Shown: positions 11,501 to 24,600 of the stretch, one piece after another
Position numbering within the stretch: position 1 is the first letter of the stretch
How the letters are laid out: the number at the start of each line of letters is the position of its first letter
Assembly (NCBI RefSeq): GCF_052425735.1
Contig: NC_135769.1
Location: forward strand, 30,938,001-31,002,000
Direction: 5' to 3'
Source: Oculina patagonica
Lineage: Eukaryota
Length of the DNA: 64,000 bases
Translations under genes and position numbers: made by a program
Notes under the pieces: generated by a model
What the model was told of the DNA's origin: nothing
Databases searched by the model: none
Seen by the model: only the letters and a program-made list of their open reading frames with translations

Positions 11501-14236
11501 AAAACTCTGGTGTCAATAGTTGAGAGTACTACTAGCACCCCCCCCCCCCCCATCCCACGCACCTCTTTAAATGAGACACTGAAGTTTCACAGTATGTTAC
11601 CCATCCCCACCCACCCCATCCAGCATTTGGTCAGGATGCAATTTGTTGATACCCATTGATAGAAAAACTACCCAATTACTCGAACCATTTTTCGTTTTCC
11701 TTGGAGGTATGAGAAATTGGGATACCAATGTACTTAATAATGTTAGCAATTCAAAGGCCACTGGTCAGTCCTCTCCAAATACACAATAAATTATTGTTTA
11801 ACAATGGATGGTATTGCTTGATACCTTCATAGTCTGAATCAGCACCAGGCGTCTCGTATTCCTCATTCTGTGGTGCAGAAGGTTGTGTAATATTACTATC
11901 AGCAATTTCATAATTCTGTTCAGCAGTGTTCTCTTGTTGTGGCTCTTCATAATCTTCTTGAACTTGAGTATCATCCTCCATTGCCATATAATCCTCCCCA
12001 GGTGCCTCACCACCCTGTGATGTTCCATTGGTCTGCTCTGCCGAGTCCATTACCTCGTAATTTTCACCTGCTGTATCTTCACTTGCCGCCTGCGGTGAAC
12101 TCTGATTTCCTTCAGCACCTTGGTCCATTTCACAGTAGTCATCTTGTGGGATAACACCTGCCGGTATTGAATAAATTGAAATGACTTTTTTCATGAGGTT
12201 TAAATGAATTATATTTGCAACCTTACAGTAAAGAGATGTCAACACACGCTTCATAAATGTACAAGCAATCCTTTGCCTGCTTAAGTTGAAATACTGTAAG
12301 AGTTATCCAAGGTTTGATCTGAAAAATTACACACTGATCATGGTGATGTAACTTGTCTCACCCTGAAAAAAGGAAATAAAATACTCCTCTCCAAATTATT
12401 ATCATAAGTGCTAGTTTTGAGTCGCATGAATTCAAGAATGCTGATTCTGTAATAAACTTGATCACAGCCTCGTGACTCCATGCCTTGATCTACCATTCAA
12501 GTTATTTCACAGTATACAGCAGCTTTATCTTACTGGGGACAAAAATCACCATGGCACGTGTCAAAAACATACGGTCTCTTAACACCTGCACATGTTGTGT
12601 GTGCATGGCTTTAAAAATGTGTAACCCTATTCGGCGGAATGATGGAATGTCACTAGTTTGGTTGTGGTAAGCTTCACCCTGCTTTGCTTGCAGTTACCTT
12701 CACCCCAGCTTGCTTGTGGGCCCGTTAGCAAATACTCTGGTTTGCTTGCAGTTAGCTTTTATTTGTTGATTAGGGCAATGAGCTATCGCCATTCCGTCAT
12801 TCAGCCAAATAGGGCCACCCTTCAAAATTTAACAAGCTCTGTCTGTATGCATTACCTGCCACATCATCATAGAGTTCTTCTCCATCCTGGACGTCATTAG
12901 CTGCAGGTGTAGAAATAGCCATCCCACCCTTTGGTGGGCGTGGTGGTGCTTTTCCGCCACCAGGGCGGTCATTTTCACAACCAAGTTGTGTTTTCAACTT
13001 TCTGAACTTATCTGCTAGAAGGCTGCGTTCTTTTTCTGCTGATGGAGACAGTTTTTCTTGGGCCAATGTTAAGGAGAAAAACTTTTCAGCCTCTGCAAAG
13101 GAAATGACCATGCGTGTCCTGGTTAATAATAATCTTTGTAAAAAGTAAATTTACCTAACATTTATGAAACTGAAACTAATTTGAATCAGGCTGCTAGTTA
13201 TTTTCCTTGATGGGGTCTAAGCAGGTGTGGCAGACCTGGGAAAAGGCATTTTACTGTTGATTAAAGTATGTATTGTCATCATCATTTTTATTATTAGACA
13301 AATCATTGACCTAATATAGACAGCGTTTTGGTACAATTTGGGTACACTAAATACTGTTAATGATCTAATGTATGTCCACTCTCAAATATGCCTCGTATCT
13401 TATCCATGCCCCCCTTGAGGTGTAAAGTTAGTATTAGACGCCCCCCTCTAGTAAATCCCCCTGTCTTATAGACACCCCTCCAAGAACCACCTCAAAAACT
13501 AAGGTTAATGTCCCACAAGGTAAAATCACGATGCTTCTCTTATACAAGGGTAAATGCCTCATATCTATTTAACGCCCCCACTAAGGCCCCTAAAATTTGA
13601 TAGACACCCTGGGCGTTTATTAAATCATTTACGGTACCTAACCGTACGGTTTTTACTACCCTTCATTGGCACTTCAAGCTTGTCTGACTTCACCATACAT
13701 TTTGATTGGTATTTTGGCTTGATTGCATCTTGTCAAAATACAAACCATGGTTTGGCCGAATATGGAAAATTGGTAGTAATTCTTTCACTAAATTAAATTG
13801 TCTCCAGTGTCATGCACAAGTTAATAAATAACCACGTATATTTTTTACTGTCATATACACAGTGTAGAAATGTCAAGCTTAAACAATTAAGACAAAAATG
13901 CAAGTTGTCTGAATGTATGCGAAAAATGTGTCAGCCCCTATGAATCCTTCTTCGAGTACGGTCAGCCCTTAGCTTCCCTCTAAGTTAACTTACGCACAAA
14001 ACCTCCCTGTAATAGGCGCATATCATGGCCATCCACATCGATTGGCGAGGAAATAACCGCAGAAAACCATCCACACTTAGTTCTGACCGGAAGCGTAAAA
14101 ATGACCCGATCAAATGTTGCAGGCTTTCGCAACACGCGCCCTCGGTCATGATCAGTAAAATTTAGAAAGAAAAGGCTCAGTAAAGTGACAACGTACCACA
14201 TACGGCCTCCTTAACATCCTTGCTACCTGGATCCAT
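5516..14236 (-). CDS. SKAP2: SKAP1/SKAP2-like adaptor (N-terminal SKAP dimerisation helix, PH, C-terminal SH3); 8 exons, 678 aa
   Basis: Exons (-): 14197-14236, 12856-13092, 11825-12157, 9946-10113, 8761-8981, 7516-7858, 6429-6812, 5516-5826; phases consistent, total 2037 nt. N-terminus DVKEAVCEAEKFFSLTLAQEKLSPSAEKER resembles the SKAP dimerisation domain. PH: GSLRKLRK...KWQKRYCVV...LYYF...EKWIRAI. SH3: [29 protein letters not shown]...WWIG...GLVPKQYVMEAY. SKAP1 versus SKAP2 orthology cannot be resolved. Confidence 0.88.
7945..8210. repeat. Interspersed repeat; opposite-orientation copy at ~45958-46250
   Basis: AGTAGAAACTCA...CAAATCTGATTGGTTCTCCCAC...ATAGTCAACTCGGCTGCACC is the reverse complement of the RSAD1 intron 2 copy. 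Confidence 0.7.
9166..9647. mobile_element. Tc1/pogo-type MITE with TCGAGTTA subterminal repeats; shorter relative at ~20569-20767
   Basis: TA|CAGTAGAACCCCGGTAACTCGAAC...GTTCGAGTTACTGGGGTTTCTCCTG|TA. Confidence 0.75.
10204..11284. mobile_element. TIR element with ~40-bp TIRs and 3-bp AAT TSD, containing a SINE
   Basis: AGGCAGTTTAAGATACGCTACGGCGAGGCGCTACTACGGCT / AGCCGTAGTAGCACCTCGCCGTAGCGTATCTTAAACTGCCT, flanked by AAT. Confidence 0.85.
10264..10543 (-). mobile_element. tRNA-derived SINE, apparently full length, with (TTGA)n tail
   Basis: Minus strand: GGGGAGCAGGGATGGCGCAGTAGTG (A box)...GGTTCGATTCC (B box), central GGGTTCTCCGGTTTTCCTCCC core typical of V-domain-like SINEs, and a TTGA repeat tail. 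Confidence 0.9.
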
Positions 14237-14460
14237 CACAGTTTCGTTAGAAGCAAAAACGTTTAGCAATCCAAGTCAGTTCAAACATCACCTAAATCAT
14301 GTAAACACTTCCCTTCGATGAGTTCGCTGAGACGAGAAGCACCGCAAGGCATCATGGGTGAAAGTACTATTTCCTCGTGCTCACTCCTTCTCGGTCAAAA
14401 TTCCCGGAACTCGGGAAAAAAAAGAACCTTGCAACAAATTCCTAGAAATTGAGCTGAAAG
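14237..14460. promoter_or_regulatory. Putative bidirectional promoter (SKAP-like / DXO) with a ZNF143/STAF-like site and two GAS-like STAT sites
   Basis: 224 bp between divergent ATGs. CACCCATGATGCCTTGCG on minus strand at 14343-14360; TTCCCGGAA at 14401-14409; TTCCTAGAA at 14439-14447. Confidence 0.6.
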
Positions 14461-17400
14461 ATGTCTTCCCACAGAATGCCCGATCGCTTTGAGCCTTTAA
14501 GTGTTTCAGCTTGGCAGCCTAAAGCTAACAACCCAGCGCGATACTCCCATAGTGAATTAGGGTATTTTTCTATCGACGAAGAGAGGCATTTCTTGCACAA
14601 CAAATCAAAACTCGGGAACTTGAATCTGCCCCAGGACTGCAAAAGACTTGATATAGATTTGAATGCGGGATTTGAACAATGGAGAGAACTACCTAATGTG
14701 CAACAACACCTGGATTCCATGTTGTATTGGATTTTGTTGAACAAGGAACTGTTGACGATAGAAGGGGATTTCCAGGCTAGCACCGATGGAGTGAGGTATA
14801 GCACTCTATTCTTCGTCACTCCCGAACCCTACGACTTACCCTTGTTATTTGTTTTGTTAATTAATTATTTTGCATCACATTAGGTAAAATTGATTTCCCA
14901 GTTCAATTTCCTCCACCTGTGATCTCGCGAAAAATAAGGAACGACTAATCACGCACGCACTGCTGTAAGACGAAACTTGCACAAATGAAAACGCATCCTT
15001 GCAAAAGGGGAGTTAGTGGGGGGGGGGAAGGTTGGGGGAAAAAAAAAAAAAAAAAACGAATGATAACAGAACTGCACTGTAAAAGCGCAAGTTCGATTAC
15101 GCACAAAAGCAGTTTGTATGGGGAAATATAATTTGGTGCCTTAACTTAATTAAGCCCTGGGAAAACTTGCGTCTACTTGCGTCTCCGTTTGGCCAGGACT
15201 TGCGTGCCCTTGGGTTGACTTGCGTTCACTTTGGTCGAGATCTAATTTGCACGCAGGTCAACGCATGTCTTTCACCGTTTTCACCGTTTGGGCACCCAAC
15301 ACAACTCAACAAAATTTTTACTGCAGCGCGTAGCATTTTAAATGGCTTTTTGCAAACTTGCGTGCACTTGCGACTAAACTTGCGTGTCCGTTTGGCCACC
15401 CAACGCAAGCCTATACGCAAGTTCAACTTGCGACAACTTGCGTTATCGTTGGCCAGGGCTTGACTTCCAGAACAAAAGTATCATCCAACGAAAAATGGCG
15501 ACTGCGAGGCTCGACTGTATAATAACTTATTGGGTCCTTATTGGATTGTAAAGGATCGATCGCAGTTTACGATGAACGGGAAGGAGAAGGGTAGTAAGTG
15601 TACATTGACCCTATAACCCAGCCAGTCAAATATGAAGTACTTGTTAAAGGAATACCTGTGTTCAATCCTAGCTCAAAGGTCTCAAAGTGACCCTCTTACC
15701 GGTTTAGTCGTCCTCTCAGCTAAGCGCACAGAACAGTGAGTTCAAAATATTAACTCACCTTTCTAATTACTACATACTCTTCCATCGAGCCGTGTCTAAA
15801 TTAATTAATTAACTAATTATAATATCCAACTAAATTACCTATTTGTACAAGATTATTTCAAAAAAAAAAAACTATAAAAAACTATCTGTATATTAAACTA
15901 TCTATATTACGATTTAAAAGAGCCGAGAGTGGGCTGTGTCTTGCCGCTCAAAGGCAAGCTTTTCCAGAGAAAAGAACCGCGATATTGGAAGCTTCGTTTT
16001 CCTGCTTCAGTGCTCGGTTTAGGGACAAAGAGGTTATATTTTGAATTTCGTAGGTTATTCTTGTAATCTTACTTCGGAGAATGTTTTGCTACATTATGAC
16101 CGTAACAACACTTTGATGACTTTCTAGATCCTTCAATGTCTAAACAAACAATTATGCAAAGTGTCTAGGCCAAGGAGATTTGATGGTCTTTGATGTTTAT
16201 CACTTTTTCCGCCAGGCTTGATGTTGACTTCGTCACATCACGAGGAAACCTTGCCCGCATTCTCAACGTTTTGAGCGGTAAAGACGGAAAAGGGCGCGGA
16301 TGGACTCTGTTGGCCACACGCTACAGAGGAACAGTCTATCTGAGCCATATTGAAGATAACCAGAATGATCAACAGTCTACCTTTGCACGGAGAGTGTGTT
16401 ACTGGGGAAAAAGATTTGAAGTAGAAGTGACGAAAAATAATGCACAAGCAGCCTCAGTCCCAGGTTCTTCATCCGCGCCGCCACCAGCAAACGAGGTTGA
16501 ACGGCATGGTCCTCTCAAGGCTTACCCAGGATTCTTTTCCGTCGTGAAATTTCACCTGGAAAATCACAGGATTGCTTTACGAGCAGAAGTTGACGCAGAA
16601 ATGCAAGTAAGGCGTTTTGTTACAACAGGTTAACGTAGCTTGAAATAACTTGGAAAGTGAAATGCATTTGTTCGATTAGTGTTGTCGGTAGCTACAATGA
16701 CTCTAATGCGATCAGTCTCCCCGCATAAAATAAGGTTATTATGGCTTGAAACCATACCGTAAAACCCGTTATAAGCCCTGGGATTATACAACTTCATAAG
16801 AGATTTTGCGTGGGCATATCACCACTGAAGTATGAAAACTCGTTTGGAATGAGCTGACTAGACACGGCATAAAGGCTATGCCGCTAAGATGGGGAACATA
16901 TTCTAAGAAAGCGACGCTGAGGTACCGTTAAGGGGGGGGGGGGGGGAGGGGGTAATTTCCCCATATCCCAACAACAGGGCCTCTACTCTGATCTGCACCC
17001 TACTTGCAAACTTATCGCGAACGTAAGGAGGTTAATGTGGAAAACCTGGATGGGCGAGGCCTAGCTTCGAGGATAGGGAAGGGGTGTCTAATCGGGATAC
17101 TTTCTTTCGAACAGATCTACTTATAACCAGAAAGAGTTGTAAGGGGGAAGCTTATAACCGGCATTTTACCGCTTTGTGAGTCTGACCTCTTCTTATTTTT
17201 CCCCATTTAAATATTAGAGTTTGGATGATGAGCAAATTTCACGTTCGAACTACGTGGAACTCAAGGTAACTACTGAAACAATTGTTCGTGCACCGTGGGC
17301 CTTTAAACGAAAGCGGTTGGTCCCGTGGTGGTGTCAATCAATCGTGTCAGGCACGCCCCTTATTGTGTACGGTATCAGAGACTACGATGGTCACGTGACA

Positions 17401-18366
17401 AGCATTGAACACGTGAGAACTGACGATATTCCCGAACGTGTCGGGCGAGAAAATCTTGATGCAGAAAAATACCTGATGTTCCTGAATGATGTGCTCTCTT
17501 GGATAAAGAACATCGTGTGTGTGGAAGACACCGCAGCAGTGTACGCATTTCACTGGGATCCAAACGCACCTGGCAGAGGCGTGACATGTAACGCACTATT
17601 GCGTGACCCTGATAACGCATTCTTACCTGAGTGGTACGTGAATGAGATGGAAGAGTATTTCGCGCGTGTGAGTGAGCAAAGGCAAAGAAAAGGAGAGAAG
17701 AGAAAAATGGAAGATGAAACGCAAAGGAATGATCAAGAAATGAAGATGCAAGGTATGCGTAAACGCTTTGAAGCATCGTGGCCAAGAACGGCAGCATTCG
17801 ACGCGGAGCCGAATGCAAGAGAGATGTACGTAAATTATGCCCGCTCAAGATCGTCGGGTGTTCTAGACGTCAGTGATCGCGGGCGATCAACACTAGAAGG
17901 ACGTCGCGATACAGCAAATGAAGAGCGCTACTCAAGAAGGGAATCATTCCAAAGTGGAGAATTCAAGAGAGAGTACTCTAGATCAAGAAGAGAAGACGAT
18001 TTAAGGCGACCTCTACCCACCGATGAACAGTTTTATCGTGATCAAACAAGCACTAGTGGTACCAACCGGCCGTCGCCGCCGTACTCTCATCGCAGCAGGA
18101 GAGACAAAATGGACAAATCAAGGAGATATGAAAGACGACGTCATGAAGATCAAGCCCAACAGCAAGCAAGGGTGCGGACGGAGAAAACCTTTCACGAGTC
18201 ACGTTCACAGAGATTCAGTGACAGATCTAAAGGTTATCCTTCGTCTAGTGATGAACGAATGTCACAGGAATCAAGAGTCAAAAGAGTAAAACGCGATGCA
18301 GAATATGAAGAACACGGCTTTGGTGCCCAGGACTCCAGGAGGCGTGAGTACCCAAACTGGAACTGA
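14461..18366 (+). CDS. DXO: DXO/Dom3Z/Rai1-family decapping and exoribonuclease protein; 3 exons, 624 aa, long charged C-terminal tail
   Basis: Exons 14461-14795, 16216-16606, 17218-18366 (1875 nt, phases 2 and 0). Family motifs: ELGYFS, FVTSRGNL, YWGKRFE, AEVDA, YVELK, WWCQS...G...IVYGIRD, FLPEWY. Confidence 0.9.
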
Positions 18367-18719
18367 ATGAAGGAGAAATGGAACTATGATACGTGTTATC
18401 AGCTTTCCCTAGCGCAATTACACTCAATTAAGACTTGGCTAGTAAAAATAGCAGTAAAAAGTTGAAAAGAAGCGAAGAATTTAACCTCTTGACGCCTCAA
18501 TACGCACAATCGAAACAGAAAGTGCTGAGGAACAACAAAACTAGGAATACTTCCTACTATTTTTATTACCAAAGTAGAACAAAACACATTTCGAATAGCC
18601 GCGGGTATCAATATTAGTACCATAACATTCCGCCCATGTAGCCTGTGTACAGCCGTCCCTCTCCGCTCAAAAAAATCGCCCATGCGACTCTTGCACTTTC
18701 CATAACTTAAGAAAACATA

Positions 18720-18830
18720 GTGAATATATGAAAGACATATGTATGAACTACAGATTAATGATGAACTGAATGAAGTGATTCTCGCAGAGTGTGTAAGCAA
18801 TTGCCCTTTTTAGCCTGAATTTTTATCTTT
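18720..18830 (-). mobile_element. Decayed fragment of the tRNA-like repeat family of 55069-55720 (non-tRNA portion), downstream of DXO
   Basis: TATATGAAA...CATATGTATGAACTACAGAT...GAAGTGATTCTCGCAG...TAAGCAATTG...AGCCTGAA parallels 55077-55177. Confidence 0.6.
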
Positions 18831-21695
18831 TTCAAATTACGTAGAATGTATGTTTGGAATAAAACGACTCCAAGTTCGTATGTTCCTCGACCGTTTATGG
18901 GTCAATCGGACGCTTTTGAGGCAAATTTCTCGGTCGCCTTTTATTCGTTTTCAAATCTAGCGATCTCCCATTTGTATTTTTATGTATATATGTCAAAAAC
19001 TTAAAACTATATCCAACAGAGTTTCGTCCCTCTTGCTCTTATTCTTAAGTGGCAAGGAGTTTCTAGTTCGCGAGGCGGAATTTTCTATTTTCCTGGATCC
19101 TCCGTTATCAAAATACAAGTCGACGACAACTCTCAAAGCTGAATTAAACGAGGAAGGCAGGGCGGCCGGCCTGTTTCGATCAGAGCAAGCCGGATGCACT
19201 TTTTGGTAGAACGTTTGTTCCAGAGCACATGTAATTCTCTAATTAAGCTGTCTTTTTTTTTTTCATTTCTTCGTGAACACAAGAACATTTTCTGCGCCGC
19301 GATCCTTGACTTTTTTTACGTATACTGATCATAACTGTCTATTCACGCCTTCACCTTCACTTGTCTCTAGAAAGCTATTTACTTACTTTTACAGCAGCAA
19401 ATCAGAGCTGAGATTGAAATGCGTGGGACTGAAACGAGCTTCATGGTGGGTGTATATTATTATTGTGTGTTTTAGGTCTGCTGTTTTAATTTTTTTTTTC
19501 ATCAGTTTTAATTACCTTCGACCACGTTTTGCATATTATTTTAATATTTTTCTGAAAGTGCGACAATTGCATAATCTTTTCCAACATGACAACAAATTCG
19601 ATCGGTCTCTCGCGTCGACTCACAAATAAAACAAAACAAAAGAAGACACAACCATAACCGTAACAACCGCACCGTCAAACATTGCGCTAGTATCAAGAAT
19701 AAAGTATCAAGAATTTCGTCCAAAAATCGTTGAACGAAAGTTATTCCAAAGCAAAAAGAAAACAGACTTAAAATGAATAGGACCCTTTTTTCCGACATGA
19801 TGTCTTCGATTTTGTCGGCACTTAATTAATATTTTGACATTTGAGTCAAAATAAAGTCGTCCCGAGTAAACTCGCGTCGAAGCGCGCAGGGCAGGGCTGG
19901 CCTTGGTGTCAGGGTAACCCTATCAGCCTTGTGAACACGTCGCTGAAATACAAGAAGAAAAGTTTAATGGCTTTTATATAACGTATCAAAATTGCCTAAC
20001 GTTAAAGCAAATCACACATTACAACATCACGCCAGTTAAAAATACGGCAAAAAGAGAGTCCAACGGCGGTGAAAAAATCCGAAACAAGAGCTGAAAGGGA
20101 AAAAATATCAATTAATGAAACAAAAATAAAGGAAATACTGTATTATAGAAGTTTTTGTTTTTCATATTCGCGCCCGCGCATCAATATTCCAGACCTCCAA
20201 CAGTTAACATCTATCACGTCCGCGCTCGATCACACAATCGACAGCACCAAACGGAGTCATAATTTCACAATTAGTAATTGTCACCGGAGTCGTAATTCTC
20301 ACACAACAGTAATTTTCACCGTTATTGTAAAATTATAAATTTTTCTGTACAGTTAGCCTGCTTGCAGGGGTACCCAATCGATGTTCATGTACGCGGGGGC
20401 TTCGGGGAGCCTACCATGCAGTCAAACATAAATAAGACAAGAGTTTAAACAAAAGATAAAAACGAATATATTGCCTCTAGGTATGAATTGCGGTTAGCCA
20501 CACAACAGAGCTAATTACGTAAGCATACTGCCTGTAGCCCATGCTGATTACGTATTTTGGAACGCTGTACAGTTGAGTCCCGATATTATCGATTAAACTC
20601 GCCCTACAATAACTCGAACCTTCCGCTAACTCGAGCCTTTTTCCATTGCCCTCCAGGTCATTTTCCTACGAATTTTACCCTCGGTAACTCGACCCTTTTT
20701 CGATTTTCCCTGGAGGTTCAAGTTATTTATCAGGATACAACTCATGTATGTCACAGCCAACTGACTGTAGGCGGAAAAATCTCATTGAAAACCTGTTTAT
20801 CAATTGTCTTGTTGTGCCTTTGTTTTTCCCGGTTATGTCTTATTAGTTGTTCATTCATACGGCCTTGGTTTACTTTTTCTAGAAAATACATCACCTCAAG
20901 AAAAAAATTATCAGCCAAAATATCACTCATCTTCAGTCGGACTTTCCGTCAAGAGTTTTAAGTACACTTGACATATCATAAAAAACAAGCCGGTCCGATA
21001 TCGGATTTATTACAGGGCTGACAATGAAATAAAAAAAGGTTTACCAAAATGGTAAACTTTCCAATCACTTTTATAATTATTTTTCAATATCCAACTCCTT
21101 GTTCCAAATTGAACTTTTTGACGCATAAATTAACTGATATCAATTCAAAACGCGTTATTATATAAAGAGGTGTCAAAGTACGCACACCTACAGGCACTCG
21201 TCGCCTAGCAACTGTCAAATACCGTTCCATACAAATTGATGTGAATTGTCTTGCTTTACTCCAGCAGTGTCCAAGTTTGGTTGCGATGGAGTTAAATCTG
21301 AGACGTCAGCCAACAACATTGTGGGCTCCTCACTGCCTGTATTTATAGACGAAAGCGTTTTTCGATAGGATCATGCCAACGGCGAAGTGCATCGACAAGT
21401 GGACATCTTGGTTGCTATATACTAAACTACATTTACTTAAAAGCTGACTGCAATTTGCAAGCGACTGTCCTTGCACGCGCAGTTTTAATTTAGATTTCCG
21501 TTGGATAAATTTGTTTCATAAACTCTAGATTTCAACAGTGATAACGACACGCAGTATTTTGCTAACAGTACAATCTGACCTACATAACTGCTAGTATTCA
21601 GTTCCGGTGCCGGGCTTTTTTCGGATCACAACAAACCGATCGAATACACTCGTGAGTTCATTTCAGTGTATTACTTTAAATTCGATTTTCACGCA

Positions 21696-24600
21696 ATGGC
21701 TGTCGACGAATGTTCCGAAGGGACACTTTTGTTGCCATTTCTGGACGAATCTGGTTGGAATCAAGGATTAAGAACGTTTATCTATTTGATAGCGCTTTTA
21801 TGGTGCTTTATGGGAATTGCTATCGTCGCCGACCTTTTCATGTGCGCAATCGAAACAATTACAAGTAAAACGAAAGAAGTCAAGGTGGCAAAACAAGACG
21901 ACCCAACACAAGTAGAAGTCGTAGAAATTCGAGTTTGGAACGACACTGTCGCTAACCTGACATTAATGGCCCTGGGCTCGTCAGCACCGGAGATTTTACT
22001 AGCGATCATTGAGATCGTTATACTAAATAAATTTGAAGCTGGGGCACTTGGGCCCAGCACGATCGTTGGTTCGGCGGCGTTCAATCTTCTCGTGATCACT
22101 GGGGTTTGTGTTATGAGTATTCCAATGCACGAACAGCGAAGAATCAAAGCGATCAAGGTATTCGCGGTGACTGCATCGTTCTCAATGTTAGCCTATATTT
22201 GGCTCTACATCGCCTTGAGTGTGAGCTCCAAGGACGTGATCGAATTGTGGGAGGCAATTTTAACTTTCCTTCTGTTTCCGATTTTGGTTGTTATCGCATA
22301 CATGGCTGATAAAGAATACTGCTGCCCTGGGAAAGTAAGGCCTCAAGATAATGGAGTCCTCGAGCTCGGTATGTACCGCTACTGTTAAATATACCTAACA
22401 AGCACCATGTCAGTATACGTGAATTTAGTTTCAGGAAAGTGCTATATATAGATCGCAATGTTGACCTTACATTTTCTACGTGATAACATTTCACAAAATG
22501 TCGCGAGTAACCTAAGATTGGTAATTTAAAACTTTGTTTTCGTCCGGTTTGAGGACAAAATAAAAGGTTAACTCGTTTTAATGTTTTGACTCCCTCCGCT
22601 AAATTTGTTGCTAAGATTCGAAGTGAGAAATACACCCGTTGCTGTGGAAGATAAAACAAATTGCCATCATTTTTCATTCCCATCGAAATCTGTTTTATTC
22701 TTCAACTTCGTGATATAAATTAGTAACAAAATTTTATGTTTTGGATATCAGCCCGTTTCTACGTGCAAACTAGAAGACAAAACAGAAATTACCAGAAATC
22801 CTTTTTACCCGGTTGCTAACATGACTACGTCAAGTGAAAATTGTTCAGCTGCGCTTTGAGGTAAAAGGGGATCATTAACATATTACGAATATTGCTACGT
22901 TGGAGACCGTTAATTTTTGTGATCGAATACTAAAATAAAATCATCTTCTGGGATTAGAATTTAATAAAAGATTTCCCCCTGTATTTCGGTGTAATTTTAA
23001 TTTGGTAGACGACTCCCTGGCCACTGCATCCGCTGTGACGATTGTTTCGAAGTTAACAATTATTGCTGTAATAGTTATTCCTCTAGGCAAGTTATTACAA
23101 TCCACAGTAGATACATAGCAACTGGCAGATGTATAAGTGTTGAATATTTCTAATGTTTTGCAAATGCGATTTTTTGGTAAACATGCAAATTTGGTGTAAG
23201 ATTAACTGATTAGAAGCAAAAAATAACTTTAAGCTCGTTTTGGATAAGTGTGGTGTATATATTAATTATCTAAAACAAAATAAAATCAAGACATTCATTT
23301 TCGTTGAGGCAATCAAAATAATCCCGGCTTTTTATCTTTTTATACATGTATCATGGACAGCGTTTTGCAATTTTCAGTGGCTTTCAACGGGAAAAACAGA
23401 CATTGACAAGCTGTCAATTAAACAATGTCAGGTTTATATTGTTAATTGCATCCATCCCTCCTCCAATAAATGCCCGCAATTTATTTGCATGTTAATTATT
23501 TTCCGAACAGGAGCTTAATTTAAATGTTAACTATTTCTGCAGGTGCTTGCATTCAGTTATGTTTGTAAATCCTATTTCCCTTTTCAACTGCATATGTATC
23601 ATATCCTACTATATTGTAATTTAAGACTTGCAGTTTTGTTTTATGTTTTATGTAAGTGAATGGATTTGAAGTTTTTAGGGCTATTGTAGGAAAGAACTTT
23701 TTTTTCAAAAAAGTGTCATATTTTTAATATAATTTTTTATTGAAGAGCCTAACTGCAAGATTTGTCTTGGATGATGAATCTCGATGTTTCAAAAGACAGC
23801 AGACTATTTAGTAGCCTGCGTTGCAGACGAAAAAAAACCCTGGTTATATGTTCGTCTGCAACGCAGGCTAACTATTTAGGCTAAGTGATACATTTTACTT
23901 AATGTAACTTTTATGAATATTTACTAAATAAATATACGAGACAGTTTAAAAAAGTGGGAGTGAGTTAAATACAATTTCTTAAATATGGACAATATATTAT
24001 AAAAAAAAAAACATGTTCATAGTCTTTTTTTATTTTTATACATTTCCAAATTTTTAATTTGACGCAGGCTTAGATTGTGCAAAACTTTACAATCATGTCC
24101 AATTAGTTGAGTGCAAAGCTATGACTGATATCCAATCTTAATCTTCCAATTATATATTTGCATAAAAAATAATAAATATGACTACTTCAGCCAAATTAGG
24201 GGAACTTAACTTTTCTGTAATAATTTTATAGAATCATGTATTATGGAATAACATTGATGTATTGAACTGACAGTATTCAGTAGTCAAACTACCAATCTTG
24301 TTAAGGGAAATAACTGACTTCAAAATTGATTAATTCTGATTAAATGAATTACTTCAGTGGTGTGGTAGGAAAAGGTGGTTTTTAATTATCGATAACTGAA
24401 AACAATTAACTTCTTGGAAGGAAATGGTGTGGTCTATAACATGTTCTTTGCAAGTGCATGATATTAATTTTTTTTATCAAAGTTAGAAAAAGGTATTTTT
24501 AGAGAGGCACACATATACAATTGTTTACACAGGGCACAGAGGAGTCAAGTTTGTCCGCAGTTCAAAATCTCTACCGTGCAAAATGACCTTCTAAAGCTTT

